Source of the DNA: a virus
Taxonomy: Duplodnaviria; Caudoviricetes
IMG/VR virus record: IMGVR_UViG_3300026549_000034
Coordinates: 64,001 to 128,000 of that record
DNA: 64,000 bases
Reading direction: 5' to 3' (one strand)
A program made the translations under genes and the position numbers. This document shows positions 40,108-51,443 of this stretch, in pieces. Positions within the stretch are counted from its first letter, which is position 1; the number at the start of each line of letters is the position of its first letter. The notes beneath the pieces are model-generated. The model was given only the letters and a program-made list of their open reading frames with translations, made no database searches and was not told where the DNA came from.

Positions 40108-43100
40108 ATGGCAGATTATAGTAATTTAATATCAGCACTTAATGATAAAGGTGTAAATGTAAATGTTAGAAATAGTAAAATACATACCCCATCAGATCAA
40201 GACGGCAAACAAGAAGAATTAAAGGTTGAATATGATTTGATGGATTTAATCTGTGGTATTGCTGGTGCAGCATTATTTGGTAAAACTAATATGAATGATG
40301 CTACCAAATTAAGTAGTTTAATAAGTGGTGATATGTCCCAAAAATCATTATATTCTCATGTTAAACAAATTAGAAATATTTTAGAAGGTACTGAAAGTAA
40401 ACCACTGTATGTTAGATTAAATGATAAAATTACAAATACAGACAAAAGTATAAATATTAGTGGTAATATGTCTGAAAAAATATTATTTGAATATGTTCAA
40501 AAAATTCATAATATTTTAGAAGGTGCTACTGAAAGAAAACCATTATATGTTAAACTTAGTGATAAAACGATAGGAGGTTCAGTACAAAATATTTCATTTA
40601 GTGGATCTGGTAATATTGCTGATACTTTTGCTTCATTAATAGATAAATTAAAAAAAGGTGAAGGAATTAATACAGGAATTGTAAAATATTTTGAAAAATC
40701 ATTAAAACATGGTGGTGATTTATATAATATCTTTGAAAACTTAGGTAAAATAGGAAATAATAATAAATATAAAGAAATACAAGAATATGTATATAATTTA
40801 AATTCTATAATTGAATCATTAATTAAATTGACAGATATAGGATTAATAGCAAGATTAAGAATAAGAATAAATTTAAACTTTATTAAAAACTATATTAATA
40901 ATGATTTATTAGAAATAATAAAAGATATTGATAATAACTTTAAAAATTTAGATTCACATAAAATACAAGGTTTAAATAATGTAAGTGAATTATTTGATAT
41001 TGTTTCTACATTAGGACAACTTGATATAACTGATAGAATAAAAATGTATCGTAACTTAAAATTTATTAAACACTTTTTATTTAAAGATATATTAAGCATA
41101 TTTGAAGGAATTAATAATACATTTGATAATGATATTACAGAAACAAGTGTAGAAACAATAAATGGTTTATTTGGTAGTATAATTAACAATGTATCTATTA
41201 AAAAGGAATTAATTGATAATGCAGAAAATTCTGTTAATTCTATAGGAATTTTACTTGCTGGCAATGATAAGAAATTTGATGAAACTAATTTAGAAGGAAT
41301 AATAGGTATTGCAAATATAGTTAATAGACTAAATCCAATATTTGAAAAATCGGCATTAAGTTTAGATAATATAAAATCATATTTTGATGAATTACAAACA
41401 ATAATAAATGGTATTATACAAGATAATGTTACAACAAGTATAAAATTATTATATGATGAAGTAGATACATTATCTAATGCATTATCTGGTTTTAGCACAA
41501 TAGATTCAAAAGCATTTAATAAAACTATATCTGAAATAATTAAAACACTTACTAAATTAAACGAGAAATTAAAGGGAGAAAATTATTTTGATTCATTATT
41601 AACAAAACTTAGTATAACAAAAGATACTGCTGATGATTTAAATAACACAATAGAAATATTAAATGGAATATCTACAATATCATTTGAATCTGATAAGTTA
41701 ATTAAATTCTTTGAGGATCTAAAAAAAATTGAAACCATATTAAGTAAATTTGCAGCCAATAGAAAAATAACATCATTAGGAATTGAATCATTAAATAGTT
41801 TATCTGAAAAATTAACTGTTTTAATAGAATCATTTAATAAAATTAAACCTGAAACAATTAAACAAATTACTAAGTTAGTACAGGAAGTAGAAAAATTCTT
41901 ACTTATATCAGCAGGTTTACTTATTATAGTTGGATTAATAGGACATAATCTTAGTTTTGAAGATATACTTAAATATATTGGCGTAACTACATTATTGTTG
42001 ATAGTTATTGGTGGATTTATAACTTTATTAAATATTATTCCACTAAAAGCAATAAAAAGAGCATATAAAATATTAAATAGTATTTCATCTCTTATTAAGC
42101 AAACAGCTATAGCATTTGGTATAATTGCATTGGTGTCTAAATTAACTAAGCCTCAAGATATAATTTGGTTTGAAATATTATTTAGCACATTATTGTTTGT
42201 GATTGGTGAAATAACACTTAATTTAAAACAATTTAAGTATGCTAAAGAAGAAAAAACCGTTAGTGATTTTTCATCATTAATACTTTCATTAAGTGCTGCA
42301 TTAGCGTTAGGGGCATTAGTATCTAAATTTATACATATTGATGAAATTTTAACATTTGGTGCTTTACTTGCTGGTTTAATTGTTGCCGTTTCAATTCCAC
42401 TATTATTACTTTCTGTTAGTGGCGGTACAATGATTGAAGGTGCACATGATTTAGGACTACTTATATTAGAATGTACTGTGGGACTTCTTATTGGTGCATT
42501 ATTTATAAATAACCCTGATATTAAAAAAGGTGTTGATGAATTTATATGGACATATTTAGGTTTTGTTAGCGGTATTTTATTGGCAGTTGGAATAGCATCC
42601 AGAATTGCAGGTAACGGTGGGTTGGAAGGAATAAAAGGATTATCAAAAGTCATATTATTTGCAACTGGTGCTATGCTTATAGGTGCTTTTTTATTCAGTG
42701 ATGAAAAAATAAAAGAGGACATAATACAATTTGCTCTAACATTAGGATTATTTATTGGACTTGTAAGTATTGCAGTAGGATTCGGTATTAAATTAATGGG
42801 TGAAAATCCAATGAAGACTATTATTGCGTTAAATGTATTAATAGTAACTATAGCAGGTATGATGACATTTGCCGCTTATGTCATTAAAGATATAGATAAA
42901 TCACTATTATGGAATTTTATAGGACAAGTATTTACACTTATACTTGGTATGTCTGGTATTGTACTATTACTTAGTAAAATAGACAATGAAAAATTAAAAG
43001 CTGGTATTATTGCAATATCAATTATAGGACTTATTGTAATGGGATTTGGATTAGTATTTAGTATATTATATAAAACTTTATCTGATTCACAAGTTAATCA

Positions 43101-46047
43101 AAATGTTATATGGAATTTTATAGCGCAAACATTTATACTTATACTTGGTATGGCTGGTATTGTACGATTACTTGGTGAAATAAACAATAAAAAATTAATT
43201 ACTGGTACTATTACATTATCAATTATAGGACTTATTATAATGGGATTAGGATTAGTATTTAATATTTTATATAAAACTTTATCTGATTCACAAGTTAATC
43301 AAAATGTTATATGGAATTTTGTATTTCAGTCATTAGTATTAGTTGGTGGTATTGGTGTTATAATGCTTTTATTAGGTAAAATGCCAATAGCATCAATATT
43401 AAAGGGTATTTTAGCAATTTCATTAATTGGTTTAATAATTTTAGGATTAGGCTATGTATTTGGATATATTGGTGATAAACTATTAAAATATGATAATGTA
43501 GTAGGCAAAATGTGGGCAGTAACAATGTCAATGCTTGGTATTGTTGCAGTATATTTGATAGCAACAGCAGCAATTGGTGCTTTGCTATTTGGTCCACAAG
43601 CTTTATTCGTAGGATTAGGAATATTAGCTATAGGATTAACTGCACTTATTGTGTGGGGTATGGCATATGCATTCAGTACAGTAATGGAAGTTGAACGTGA
43701 ATATAATATTTCTAGTAATAATAATAAAGTTAAAACCGCTATTGGTGGAATGTTTAGTGTTATTGAATATGCATTAGGTAAAGTAATTAATATGAATACC
43801 AGAATGAATATTTTTGGTGATGTTGATACTAATACATTTGGTGGTAAATTAGCTGCAGGATTTGAATCATATTTAGGAATGTTATTTGCAATTCCTAAAT
43901 TAATAATTGTTGGTTTGACTGTATTTATATTATGGGCTACGGCGCATGCAATGAAAAGTATTAATGAAGTATTACCAGATGAATCCGCAATGACTGCATT
44001 AAACGGTAAAGTAGATTTATTGTTCCAAGTAATTGAACATGCGGTACAAAAGATAATTAATTTGAATACTAGAAAAAAAATATTTGGTGATGTTGATACT
44101 AATACATTTAGTGGTAAATTAGCTGCAGGATTTGAATCATATTTAGGAATGTTATTTGCAATTCCAAATTTAATGATTATTGGATTATCAGTATTTATAT
44201 TATGGGCTACAGCACATGCAATGAAAAGTATTAATGAAGTATTACCAGATGAATCCGCAATGACTGCATTAAACGGTAAAGTAGATTTATTGTTCCAAGT
44301 AATTGAACATGCAGTACAAAAGATAATTAACTTAAATACTAGAAAAAAAATATTTGGTAATGTTGATACTAATACATTTGGTGGTAAATTAGCTGCAGGA
44401 TTTGAATCAATTGTTGGTATATTATTTACTGTTCCAAATTTAATGATTATTGGATTATCTGTATTTACATTATGGGGTACAGTTACGGCATTAAAAAATA
44501 TTACAGAAATAATACCAGATAAAACAGCATTAAATGGTCTTATTACAAAGGTTGATCTATTATTCCAAATAATTGAATATGCAGTACAAAAGATAATTAA
44601 TTTGAATACAAAAAATAATTCTAATTCATTAATTGGTAAAGCATTAAATTTTGTAGGATTAGGAAAACTTAAAAGTGGTGCTGATGCATTAGCTAATGCT
44701 GGTATAGTTGGCGTTGCAATTTTATCATTAAAAGGCATGGTTGACGGAATAAAGGAACTTAATGAAAAACTTCCAGATGCAAAAACAATGTTAAATATTA
44801 GACTTAAAATTAGTTTTTTATGTCAATCTATTATTGAAATTGTAAAGACTATAGCAAATATTAATAATTCATCAAATATCCCATTACTTGATAAATTACC
44901 TATCATAGGTCCAGTATTAAATAGAATATTACCAAAAAAGGAAGATGCAATATCTACAGCATTATATACACTAAATAATGTTGCAAATAATTTTGTAGAA
45001 CTTTCAAATAAATTATTAGATAAACCTCAATTAACTAATTTAAAGACAAAAATAATTGATTCATTAACATTATTTAATGATAGAGAAATTAAAGATGCAT
45101 TTGAAACAGATATATCTAAACGTAAAATATCAAATACAAAATATTTATTTAGCACAACATCAAAAATGCTTTTAGATATTTGTAAAGTATATAATAAACT
45201 ACCAAAAAATATTAATGAATTAAATCAAAATATATCTTCATTAATAGGTACATATTTAGGTCTTATTGAAACAATTATTACAAATATTATTCCGCAATCA
45301 GATGATATTAAAAGTGTATTTGATGAAGATGGTGTATTAGAACTTACATATAATTTCTTAAGGAAATCTGTAAAGCTAATAGATGAGTATGATGATCAAG
45401 ATAAGTATAATATTTTTGCAGATGGTATTGCTAAGATATATATAGAAACAATTGGTAAGATAACTAAAAATGACGAATTTTATAGACATACAGAAACATT
45501 AAAGACATACGTAGAAACAATTAATTCAATAGATATATCAAAGGTAGACAAGTTGACAAATCTTACTGATTCATTAAATGAATTTGGAAATAGATTTGAA
45601 GATATGGGATCATTTGTAAGAGCTATATCTGTAGATTTGACTACTGTATTGAATCATTTAGCTGATAAAATGACAGAAGCTAAAGAAACAATTAAGAATG
45701 CAGATAAGTTAAATGAAAATCGTAAGAAATCAATTAATGAATCTGTAAAAACAATAACTGAACTTATGAAACAAAAACTTGTTGTAAATATTGAAAATAC
45801 TTCTAATAATAGCACTGGAGAAACACCTACACCAGGTCCATCTACAGTAACAACTACTGGTACTACACCAACAACTACAACAACGTCAAAAGAAAATATA
45901 CCTGCAGGTGATGTAACTGGTAATGATAGCAAACAAACTATAGTACAACCATTTAGAGGATTAGGTATTAACAATAGTACTATAGAAATGTTATTGAATT
46001 CAGTAATAGAAGGAAATGCAGTAAAGGTAAAAATTATTAATAACTAA
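40108..46047 (+). CDS. Tape measure protein
   Basis: 1979 aa, helical, long central hydrophobic G/A/I/L-rich repeats; late motif at 40058. Confidence 0.7.
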   Translation: MADYSNLISALNDKGVNVNVRNSKIHTPSDQDGKQEELKVEYDLMDLICGIAGAALFGKTNMNDATKLSSLISGDMSQKSLYSHVKQIRNILEGTESKPLYVRLNDKITNTDKSINISGNMSEKILFEYVQKIHNILEGATERKPLYVKLSDKTIGGSVQNISFSGSGNIADTFASLIDKLKKGEGINTGIVKYFEKSLKHGGDLYNIFENLGKIGNNNKYKEIQEYVYNLNSIIESLIKLTDIGLIARLRIRINLNFIKNYINNDLLEIIKDIDNNFKNLDSHKIQGLNNVSELFDIVSTLGQLDITDRIKMYRNLKFIKHFLFKDILSIFEGINNTFDNDITETSVETINGLFGSIINNVSIKKELIDNAENSVNSIGILLAGNDKKFDETNLEGIIGIANIVNRLNPIFEKSALSLDNIKSYFDELQTIINGIIQDNVTTSIKLLYDEVDTLSNALSGFSTIDSKAFNKTISEIIKTLTKLNEKLKGENYFDSLLTKLSITKDTADDLNNTIEILNGISTISFESDKLIKFFEDLKKIETILSKFAANRKITSLGIESLNSLSEKLTVLIESFNKIKPETIKQITKLVQEVEKFLLISAGLLIIVGLIGHNLSFEDILKYIGVTTLLLIVIGGFITLLNIIPLKAIKRAYKILNSISSLIKQTAIAFGIIALVSKLTKPQDIIWFEILFSTLLFVIGEITLNLKQFKYAKEEKTVSDFSSLILSLSAALALGALVSKFIHIDEILTFGALLAGLIVAVSIPLLLLSVSGGTMIEGAHDLGLLILECTVGLLIGALFINNPDIKKGVDEFIWTYLGFVSGILLAVGIASRIAGNGGLEGIKGLSKVILFATGAMLIGAFLFSDEKIKEDIIQFALTLGLFIGLVSIAVGFGIKLMGENPMKTIIALNVLIVTIAGMMTFAAYVIKDIDKSLLWNFIGQVFTLILGMSGIVLLLSKIDNEKLKAGIIAISIIGLIVMGFGLVFSILYKTLSDSQVNQNVIWNFIAQTFILILGMAGIVRLLGEINNKKLITGTITLSIIGLIIMGLGLVFNILYKTLSDSQVNQNVIWNFVFQSLVLVGGIGVIMLLLGKMPIASILKGILAISLIGLIILGLGYVFGYIGDKLLKYDNVVGKMWAVTMSMLGIVAVYLIATAAIGALLFGPQALFVGLGILAIGLTALIVWGMAYAFSTVMEVEREYNISSNNNKVKTAIGGMFSVIEYALGKVINMNTRMNIFGDVDTNTFGGKLAAGFESYLGMLFAIPKLIIVGLTVFILWATAHAMKSINEVLPDESAMTALNGKVDLLFQVIEHAVQKIINLNTRKKIFGDVDTNTFSGKLAAGFESYLGMLFAIPNLMIIGLSVFILWATAHAMKSINEVLPDESAMTALNGKVDLLFQVIEHAVQKIINLNTRKKIFGNVDTNTFGGKLAAGFESIVGILFTVPNLMIIGLSVFTLWGTVTALKNITEIIPDKTALNGLITKVDLLFQIIEYAVQKIINLNTKNNSNSLIGKALNFVGLGKLKSGADALANAGIVGVAILSLKGMVDGIKELNEKLPDAKTMLNIRLKISFLCQSIIEIVKTIANINNSSNIPLLDKLPIIGPVLNRILPKKEDAISTALYTLNNVANNFVELSNKLLDKPQLTNLKTKIIDSLTLFNDREIKDAFETDISKRKISNTKYLFSTTSKMLLDICKVYNKLPKNINELNQNISSLIGTYLGLIETIITNIIPQSDDIKSVFDEDGVLELTYNFLRKSVKLIDEYDDQDKYNIFADGIAKIYIETIGKITKNDEFYRHTETLKTYVETINSIDISKVDKLTNLTDSLNEFGNRFEDMGSFVRAISVDLTTVLNHLADKMTEAKETIKNADKLNENRKKSINESVKTITELMKQKLVVNIENTSNNSTGETPTPGPSTVTTTGTTPTTTTTSKENIPAGDVTGNDSKQTIVQPFRGLGINNSTIEMLLNSVIEGNAVKVKIINN
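43790..44610 (+). repeat. Three near-identical 270-bp (90-aa) intragenic repeats
   Basis: tttggt(g/a)atgttgatactaatacattt at 43813, 44083 and 44353. Confidence 0.9.
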
Positions 46048-46097
46048 TGACTAAATTCATTATTAATTATAATTATTATATATAAAGGATTTTTTAT

Positions 46098-46283
46098 ATG
46101 AAACATTACAATATATATTATAGAAATAGCAAAATAAACAACTATCCTATATCTGAAAAGGAATTAAAGGATAATATTATAAACAATACTGATAAGTTCA
46201 TATATAAAAAGGATATTATAACTAACAAAATAAATAAAATAAATAAAAATGACATTCATATTGTTGAGTGTATAGTTGTATAA
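46098..46283 (+). CDS. Small hypothetical protein
   Basis: 61-aa ORF in structural operon. Confidence 0.55.
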   Translation: MKHYNIYYRNSKINNYPISEKELKDNIINNTDKFIYKKDIITNKINKINKNDIHIVECIVV

Positions 46284-46286
46284 GTT

Positions 46287-46892
46287 ATGTTGGGATTGAA
46301 AGGCAGAAGAGATGGATTTAGATTGTTACTTCCTAAAGAATTCTTATATAAAGACATAGAAGCAAAATATTCTGAAATCTTAAAACAGAAAAAAGGATAT
46401 TTTCGAAAGCCTATTGATTTTATTAATGAAAGTATACAACGTGTTCAAGTTCTTGGTTTTACTAATGCTTTTATAGAACAACAGCAACAACGTACAGGAA
46501 CACCGACAATAAAAATGAATAGAACTGAAGAAAATGCATTTCCATATCCTGCTTCTGAAAATGTATATAGATCTCCAGTTTCGGCAGCTTCTTTAATGGA
46601 TAAGACATTAAACATTGAATTTAGACATTCATTAGGATATCTTAACTATTTTATGCTATTTGAAAATTTCTGGTATATATATTCTAGGGACATGAAATAC
46701 TCAGATATATGTCATCAATTTTATGTAGACATTTTTAATGAGATTGGTGAAGTATATTGTAAAATAGAATTGGTTGATCCAATTATAAGTGGTATGGATA
46801 TGTTAGACTTAGACTTTACTCAACCAGTTGCACAATCAAGCTCATTTAAAATGGAGTTTAAATATAGCGATTTTAATTTTAAATTTATATAA
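46287..46892 (+). CDS. Tail-tube-fold protein (tube/terminator-like)
   Basis: Size, position after tape measure, C-terminal LDF......F...FKY pattern. Confidence 0.45.
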   Translation: MLGLKGRRDGFRLLLPKEFLYKDIEAKYSEILKQKKGYFRKPIDFINESIQRVQVLGFTNAFIEQQQQRTGTPTIKMNRTEENAFPYPASENVYRSPVSAASLMDKTLNIEFRHSLGYLNYFMLFENFWYIYSRDMKYSDICHQFYVDIFNEIGEVYCKIELVDPIISGMDMLDLDFTQPVAQSSSFKMEFKYSDFNFKFI

Positions 46893-46904
46893 TTATTAGA
46901 AAAT

Positions 46905-49190
46905 ATGGCAACATTATATAATGCGGTTTCAAGAAATGGTGATAACAAAACAGAAAAATTATTATTGACATTCTCTGATCTTGTATATATTCATGATGCT
47001 GGTGGATATGATTTAGCAAATGATTGTATAGATGCAGATGCAACTAATATGCCAAATTTTACGCATCATAATAAATATTCATATATTTATACGGGCAGTC
47101 ATAATTATTTGTCAACCACAACAAATATTGCTAGTGATGACCCATATGTAACTATAGAAAACAATACATCGAACAAGAAAATAACTAGATTACGTCGAAC
47201 ATTACCTTATGTAAAAGATCTTTCTACATTTGATAATGGTACTAATCAAATGTTTTATTTTAAAGATAAATATTATACTCCTTATGTTATTCATATAGGA
47301 TTAGAACCACATAGTAATTGTATATCATCTCAGTATCAAGCTTATTATCCAAATAATCGCAGTGCATATTGGACAGGATCAAGTTATACATATACATACT
47401 TACCAAATATTTCATTATATAGTGATATGTATTGCGGTTTATTTAAAGCTACTGATTCTGCCAATGATCCAACTAATGATCTAACGCAATATTCACCGGC
47501 ATCACATATAATAGGAAATGCTAAGTCAACATCTCCATTTTCATACGCTTATTATTTAGGATCATATTTTTATAGATATGTATGGAGAGGTCGTGAAGAA
47601 AATGACGCAAATATTAATACTCATTATAGTGATCCTTTACAACAATGTGTACGACCAGATTGGAATATATTTTCTCGTAATCCTGCAGTTATTAGATTAA
47701 ATAATGGTTTAGCTAATGGTATAAATATTGCGTCAGCTATATCATACATAGATTTAGTAGTTGAATTTAATGCAAATTATGTTAATAATATATTAGGCAC
47801 AAATCTTAATAAATATGTAATAGCAAGGCATACTAATGATACTTATGGTGATGCTAGTGGCGTAGCAAATAAATTTTATTTTAGATTTGGTAGATATACT
47901 AGTAATACTACTTTTGGAGAAAGATATTGGGGTTCAACTGATGATATGGATTGGGGCATATATAATACACAATCACATGCTGTAGAAAGCGCTGTACATA
48001 ATACTAATGCATTTGACTTTGGAAAAGATGATTCAAATATATCAATATTAACAAGATTTGCTGATTTATTAAATTATAATTGTACTACTTATTTTAATAA
48101 TTTAGGAAATGACTTTATAGATGCTAATCAATATGTGTCAAATACTAAATTAGTAATTAAATCTGATTATAGTCCAAATTTTAATGCAACCATTAAAGCA
48201 TTACATATACATGTTGTAAACAATACATCATATATTAATTCATATAATTCATGTTCTATTATAGAAAATCAATATCAATATTGGTATGCAAGAATTGGTA
48301 CGGCATTTAGAAAAAATATGATAAATATATATGTAAATAACGGTTTAATTAATCAGGATACACCATGGGGATGGGATAGTTCTCTTGCTGCAAAAAATGC
48401 ATGTACACCTATACATATATATAGTGGTCCAATAAATGAAAATGGTGGAAATAAACCAATGTATGGAGAAGATGGTGAATCATCAAATAGAAAATATATG
48501 TATTTTAATGGTAATGCTATTATTGAAGATTGTATACCTCTAGACTATTTACAAAGCTCTGTCACAAGCTCTGTCACCCAATATATAGATACTGGCATTC
48601 TCCCAAATAAAAACACCCACATATATATAGAATTTACACCAACAACAATACCTTCACAAGATCCAACCGATCAAAATTCATATAATGTGTATTTTTGTGG
48701 TGCCGCTATGCGTAATAATGTACGTTGGAATATAGGTTTTAACAAAGTAGGCGGTAATTCAAAAATATTTGCTCAATATAATGGAAATAAGGATGAAATA
48801 CCTATCACTTTAATAACAGGTACAAAATATTGGGCAGAATTATATAATGCAAATGATTTTATAACACTTAAATGTGGCACAGATGGTTCAACATTCGGTG
48901 AAATTCAAATTTCACCCGCAGATGATGTATCCACAACCCTTACGCGAACAATTCGTTTATTTGGTTCAAACGCTAGTTCAAACGCTTCAACTAATAATTT
49001 AATATCAAAATGGTCAGGCAAAATACATTGTTGTAAAATATGGAATGGTGATAAGACTGATGCTAATTTATTAATGGATTTAATACCTGTTTCATATAAT
49101 GATACTTATACCAAATGTATGTATGATAGAATATCTAAAAGACTTTTGTATAATAATGGTACTGGGTCATTTACAGGTGGAAATTTTTAA
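46905..49190 (+). CDS. Putative tail fibre/receptor-binding protein with C-terminal lectin (ConA/LamG-like) domain
   Basis: Y/N/T/S-rich; YIDTG..P ... GKI..CKIW ... LIPV ... MYD.IS..L.YN.GTG.F. Confidence 0.5.
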   Translation: MATLYNAVSRNGDNKTEKLLLTFSDLVYIHDAGGYDLANDCIDADATNMPNFTHHNKYSYIYTGSHNYLSTTTNIASDDPYVTIENNTSNKKITRLRRTLPYVKDLSTFDNGTNQMFYFKDKYYTPYVIHIGLEPHSNCISSQYQAYYPNNRSAYWTGSSYTYTYLPNISLYSDMYCGLFKATDSANDPTNDLTQYSPASHIIGNAKSTSPFSYAYYLGSYFYRYVWRGREENDANINTHYSDPLQQCVRPDWNIFSRNPAVIRLNNGLANGINIASAISYIDLVVEFNANYVNNILGTNLNKYVIARHTNDTYGDASGVANKFYFRFGRYTSNTTFGERYWGSTDDMDWGIYNTQSHAVESAVHNTNAFDFGKDDSNISILTRFADLLNYNCTTYFNNLGNDFIDANQYVSNTKLVIKSDYSPNFNATIKALHIHVVNNTSYINSYNSCSIIENQYQYWYARIGTAFRKNMINIYVNNGLINQDTPWGWDSSLAAKNACTPIHIYSGPINENGGNKPMYGEDGESSNRKYMYFNGNAIIEDCIPLDYLQSSVTSSVTQYIDTGILPNKNTHIYIEFTPTTIPSQDPTDQNSYNVYFCGAAMRNNVRWNIGFNKVGGNSKIFAQYNGNKDEIPITLITGTKYWAELYNANDFITLKCGTDGSTFGEIQISPADDVSTTLTRTIRLFGSNASSNASTNNLISKWSGKIHCCKIWNGDKTDANLLMDLIPVSYNDTYTKCMYDRISKRLLYNNGTGSFTGGNF

Positions 49191-49232
49191 ATAAGATTTT
49201 TTCATATATTATTAAAATTTTGTTCATAGTTT

Positions 49233-49261
49233 TTGAATTTTTTGTTTTTTTATACTATATT
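49233..49261 (+). promoter_or_regulatory. Putative early promoter TTGAAT-N14-TACTATATT
   Basis: Matches 20701 and 38055. Confidence 0.55.
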
Positions 49262-49290
49262 TATTTAGTAAATTAAAAAATTCAAAAATT

Positions 49291-49530
49291 ATGAACAAAA
49301 GTATTTTAAAAGGAATTGTTATCTACAGTTTGGTAATTTTCTTTATGATGTCCGTTTTAGTAGCAGACATAACAATTGTTCCTATGATCATTACATTGAT
49401 TCTTATTGGAATGTCTTTTAATACCATTTCCAATATGAGTTCTGAAGAAGTTTACAAAGCAACGGGCATTACATTTCTTCAGAATAAGTTCAAGAATAAT
49501 GCATTAATCCAAAGTTTGACAGAAGAATAA
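49291..49530 (+). CDS. Small membrane protein
   Basis: Two hydrophobic segments. Confidence 0.7.
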   Translation: MNKSILKGIVIYSLVIFFMMSVLVADITIVPMIITLILIGMSFNTISNMSSEEVYKATGITFLQNKFKNNALIQSLTEE

Positions 49531-49539
49531 TTTAAAAAT

Positions 49540-49917
49540 ATGAAACGTAAAGAAGCATTCCTAAGAAAGGGAGAAAAGATATTTAGTTATAACTTCGGTA
49601 CCACTTATAATAGGGCTAATACTAATCGCTGGTATTCTGATCATACACTCGAACAAATGACTTATCTATGGGATCATAATTATATTGAATGGTCAAAACC
49701 AATGGTCAATCTTGGAGAATGTCCTGATCATAAGTTTATTCAATTCACTAAATCTGGTGCACGATGGAGAGAATGGTATGAAATGTCACATTGGGATTGG
49801 ATTAAGTATCATGTTCTCGGATATATGTTTTGGCTTTATAGAGTATATTATCCTATTCATAAGCATATTTTTAGAAAACCTTATCCTTGGGAGGGATATG
49901 AAGGTTATATAGAATAA
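49540..49917 (+). CDS. Hypothetical W/Y-rich protein
   Basis: 125-aa ORF. Confidence 0.7.
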   Translation: MKRKEAFLRKGEKIFSYNFGTTYNRANTNRWYSDHTLEQMTYLWDHNYIEWSKPMVNLGECPDHKFIQFTKSGARWREWYEMSHWDWIKYHVLGYMFWLYRVYYPIHKHIFRKPYPWEGYEGYIE

Positions 49918-50096
49918 TTATATGCATAATATATATAGAAATATGTCATCTGATAATATTCTGTTAATCCAGATTCATCTATAATTGTTATTTAATATAA
50001 TTTTATATAATTTGACATATCATCACATAGAATGTAGTTATGTGTGAATTTTTATTTTTGAAATTTTTGCAGTAATTTTACTATTTTATATTTGTA

Positions 50097-50255
50097 ATGA
50101 ATGACAATGATATTAAAGATTTACTGATAACTTATAGATCTATTTCTCAATTAATGATAGAACATAAGTTAACAAAAGATAATTCGTTTATGAGAGTAAA
50201 GAATTTTCTTGCAAATATGATATGTGATAACTTAAAAGATGGTCAACAAATTTAA
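50097..50255 (+). CDS. Small hypothetical protein (52 aa)
   Basis: Below track cutoff; MNDNDIKDLLITYRS...GQQI*; preceded by TTGAAA-N15-TACTAT. Confidence 0.55.
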   Translation: MNDNDIKDLLITYRSISQLMIEHKLTKDNSFMRVKNFLANMICDNLKDGQQI

Positions 50256-50267
50256 TATTTTATAATT

Positions 50268-51440
50268 ATGATACTTAATACAAAGGGATATGCTTATAAT
50301 GATGTGACTATTGTTCCTGCAAAAATTTCAGATATTACTTCTAGAAGTGAGTGCAATCCATATATCAAAAATACAGAATTGCCAATATTTACTGCGCCAA
50401 TGGCAAGTGTTGTTGATGATAGTAATTATAATATTTTTCTACAAAACAAAATAACACCAATTATTCCAAGAAATATTGACATAAAAACTCGTATTTTGTT
50501 GATGAATAAAGAAATATGGGTTGCATTGTCATTAAGGGAATTTAAAGATTTGTTCATTAATAATTATAAAGATAGAATTGATGAATGTTGTAATCATTAT
50601 CATATATGTGTTGATATTGCTAATGGTCATATGAAGTCTTTGTATGATAAATGCCTTGTTGCAAAAATACATGCAAGTTATAACAAGTATGAATTGACTA
50701 TAATGACTGGCAATATTGCTAATCCAGAAACATATAAATGGATTTGCAACCTTAATGATACTAGTGATATTAAAGTTATAGATTATATACGATGTGGAAT
50801 TGGTTCTGGTGCTGGTTGTATTACTTCATCAAATACATCTATTCATTATCCTATGGCTTCATTGATTGATGAATGCTATCAAATCTATAAACATTATAAA
50901 AACTATACATCTAAAGATATATGTCCAGAAATTATAGCTGATGGTGGTATTAGAAATTATTCTGATGTCATTAAGGCATTGGCTCTCGGTGCTAATTATG
51001 TTATGATTGGCGGTCTTTTTTCACAATGTATTGAATCTGCCGGAGATAAATATAGTATGAATCAACTTAATAAAATAGATATGAGATTCAATTATAATGC
51101 ATGGGTAGAAGATTCATTACGAATAAATGAAAATGGTGAATGGTTTGGACATATTAAAGAATTGAAAGATGAAAAATATATTGGTCAATTACATGTAAAG
51201 TTCTTTGGTATGGCTTCAGCAGATGGTCAAAAATCTATATCTGGCCGGAAGACAAAGACTGCGGAAGGCATTACAAAAATGTTGCCAGTAAAATATAAGT
51301 TATCTTCATGGATAGAAAATATGACAAGCTATCTTCGTTCTGCAATGTCATATACAAATTGCAAAACGCTTAATGATTTTATTGGAAAACAAACATTAAT
51401 TCCAAATAGTATTTCAGAAATACAATCAGTGAACAAGTAA
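50268..51440 (+). CDS. GMP reductase / IMPDH-family protein
   Basis: DV..VP, SRSEC, APM..V, VDIANGH, GNIA, GIGSGAGCIT, ADGG, GA..VMIG, FFGMAS, LRSAMSY. Confidence 0.85.
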   Translation: MILNTKGYAYNDVTIVPAKISDITSRSECNPYIKNTELPIFTAPMASVVDDSNYNIFLQNKITPIIPRNIDIKTRILLMNKEIWVALSLREFKDLFINNYKDRIDECCNHYHICVDIANGHMKSLYDKCLVAKIHASYNKYELTIMTGNIANPETYKWICNLNDTSDIKVIDYIRCGIGSGAGCITSSNTSIHYPMASLIDECYQIYKHYKNYTSKDICPEIIADGGIRNYSDVIKALALGANYVMIGGLFSQCIESAGDKYSMNQLNKIDMRFNYNAWVEDSLRINENGEWFGHIKELKDEKYIGQLHVKFFGMASADGQKSISGRKTKTAEGITKMLPVKYKLSSWIENMTSYLRSAMSYTNCKTLNDFIGKQTLIPNSISEIQSVNK

Positions 51441-51443
51441 ACA

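Noticed and set aside
43452-44738. 428-aa antisense ORF (also 40890, 42153, 45654)
   Set aside because: Shadow of the repetitive, codon-biased tape measure gene; no independent protein features.
49918-50096. Purine riboswitch or structured RNA upstream of the GMP reductase-like gene
   Set aside because: Short inverted repeats exist (atatgtca/tgacatat, cacata/tatgtg), but the purine aptamer core is not recognisable and a small ORF intervenes.
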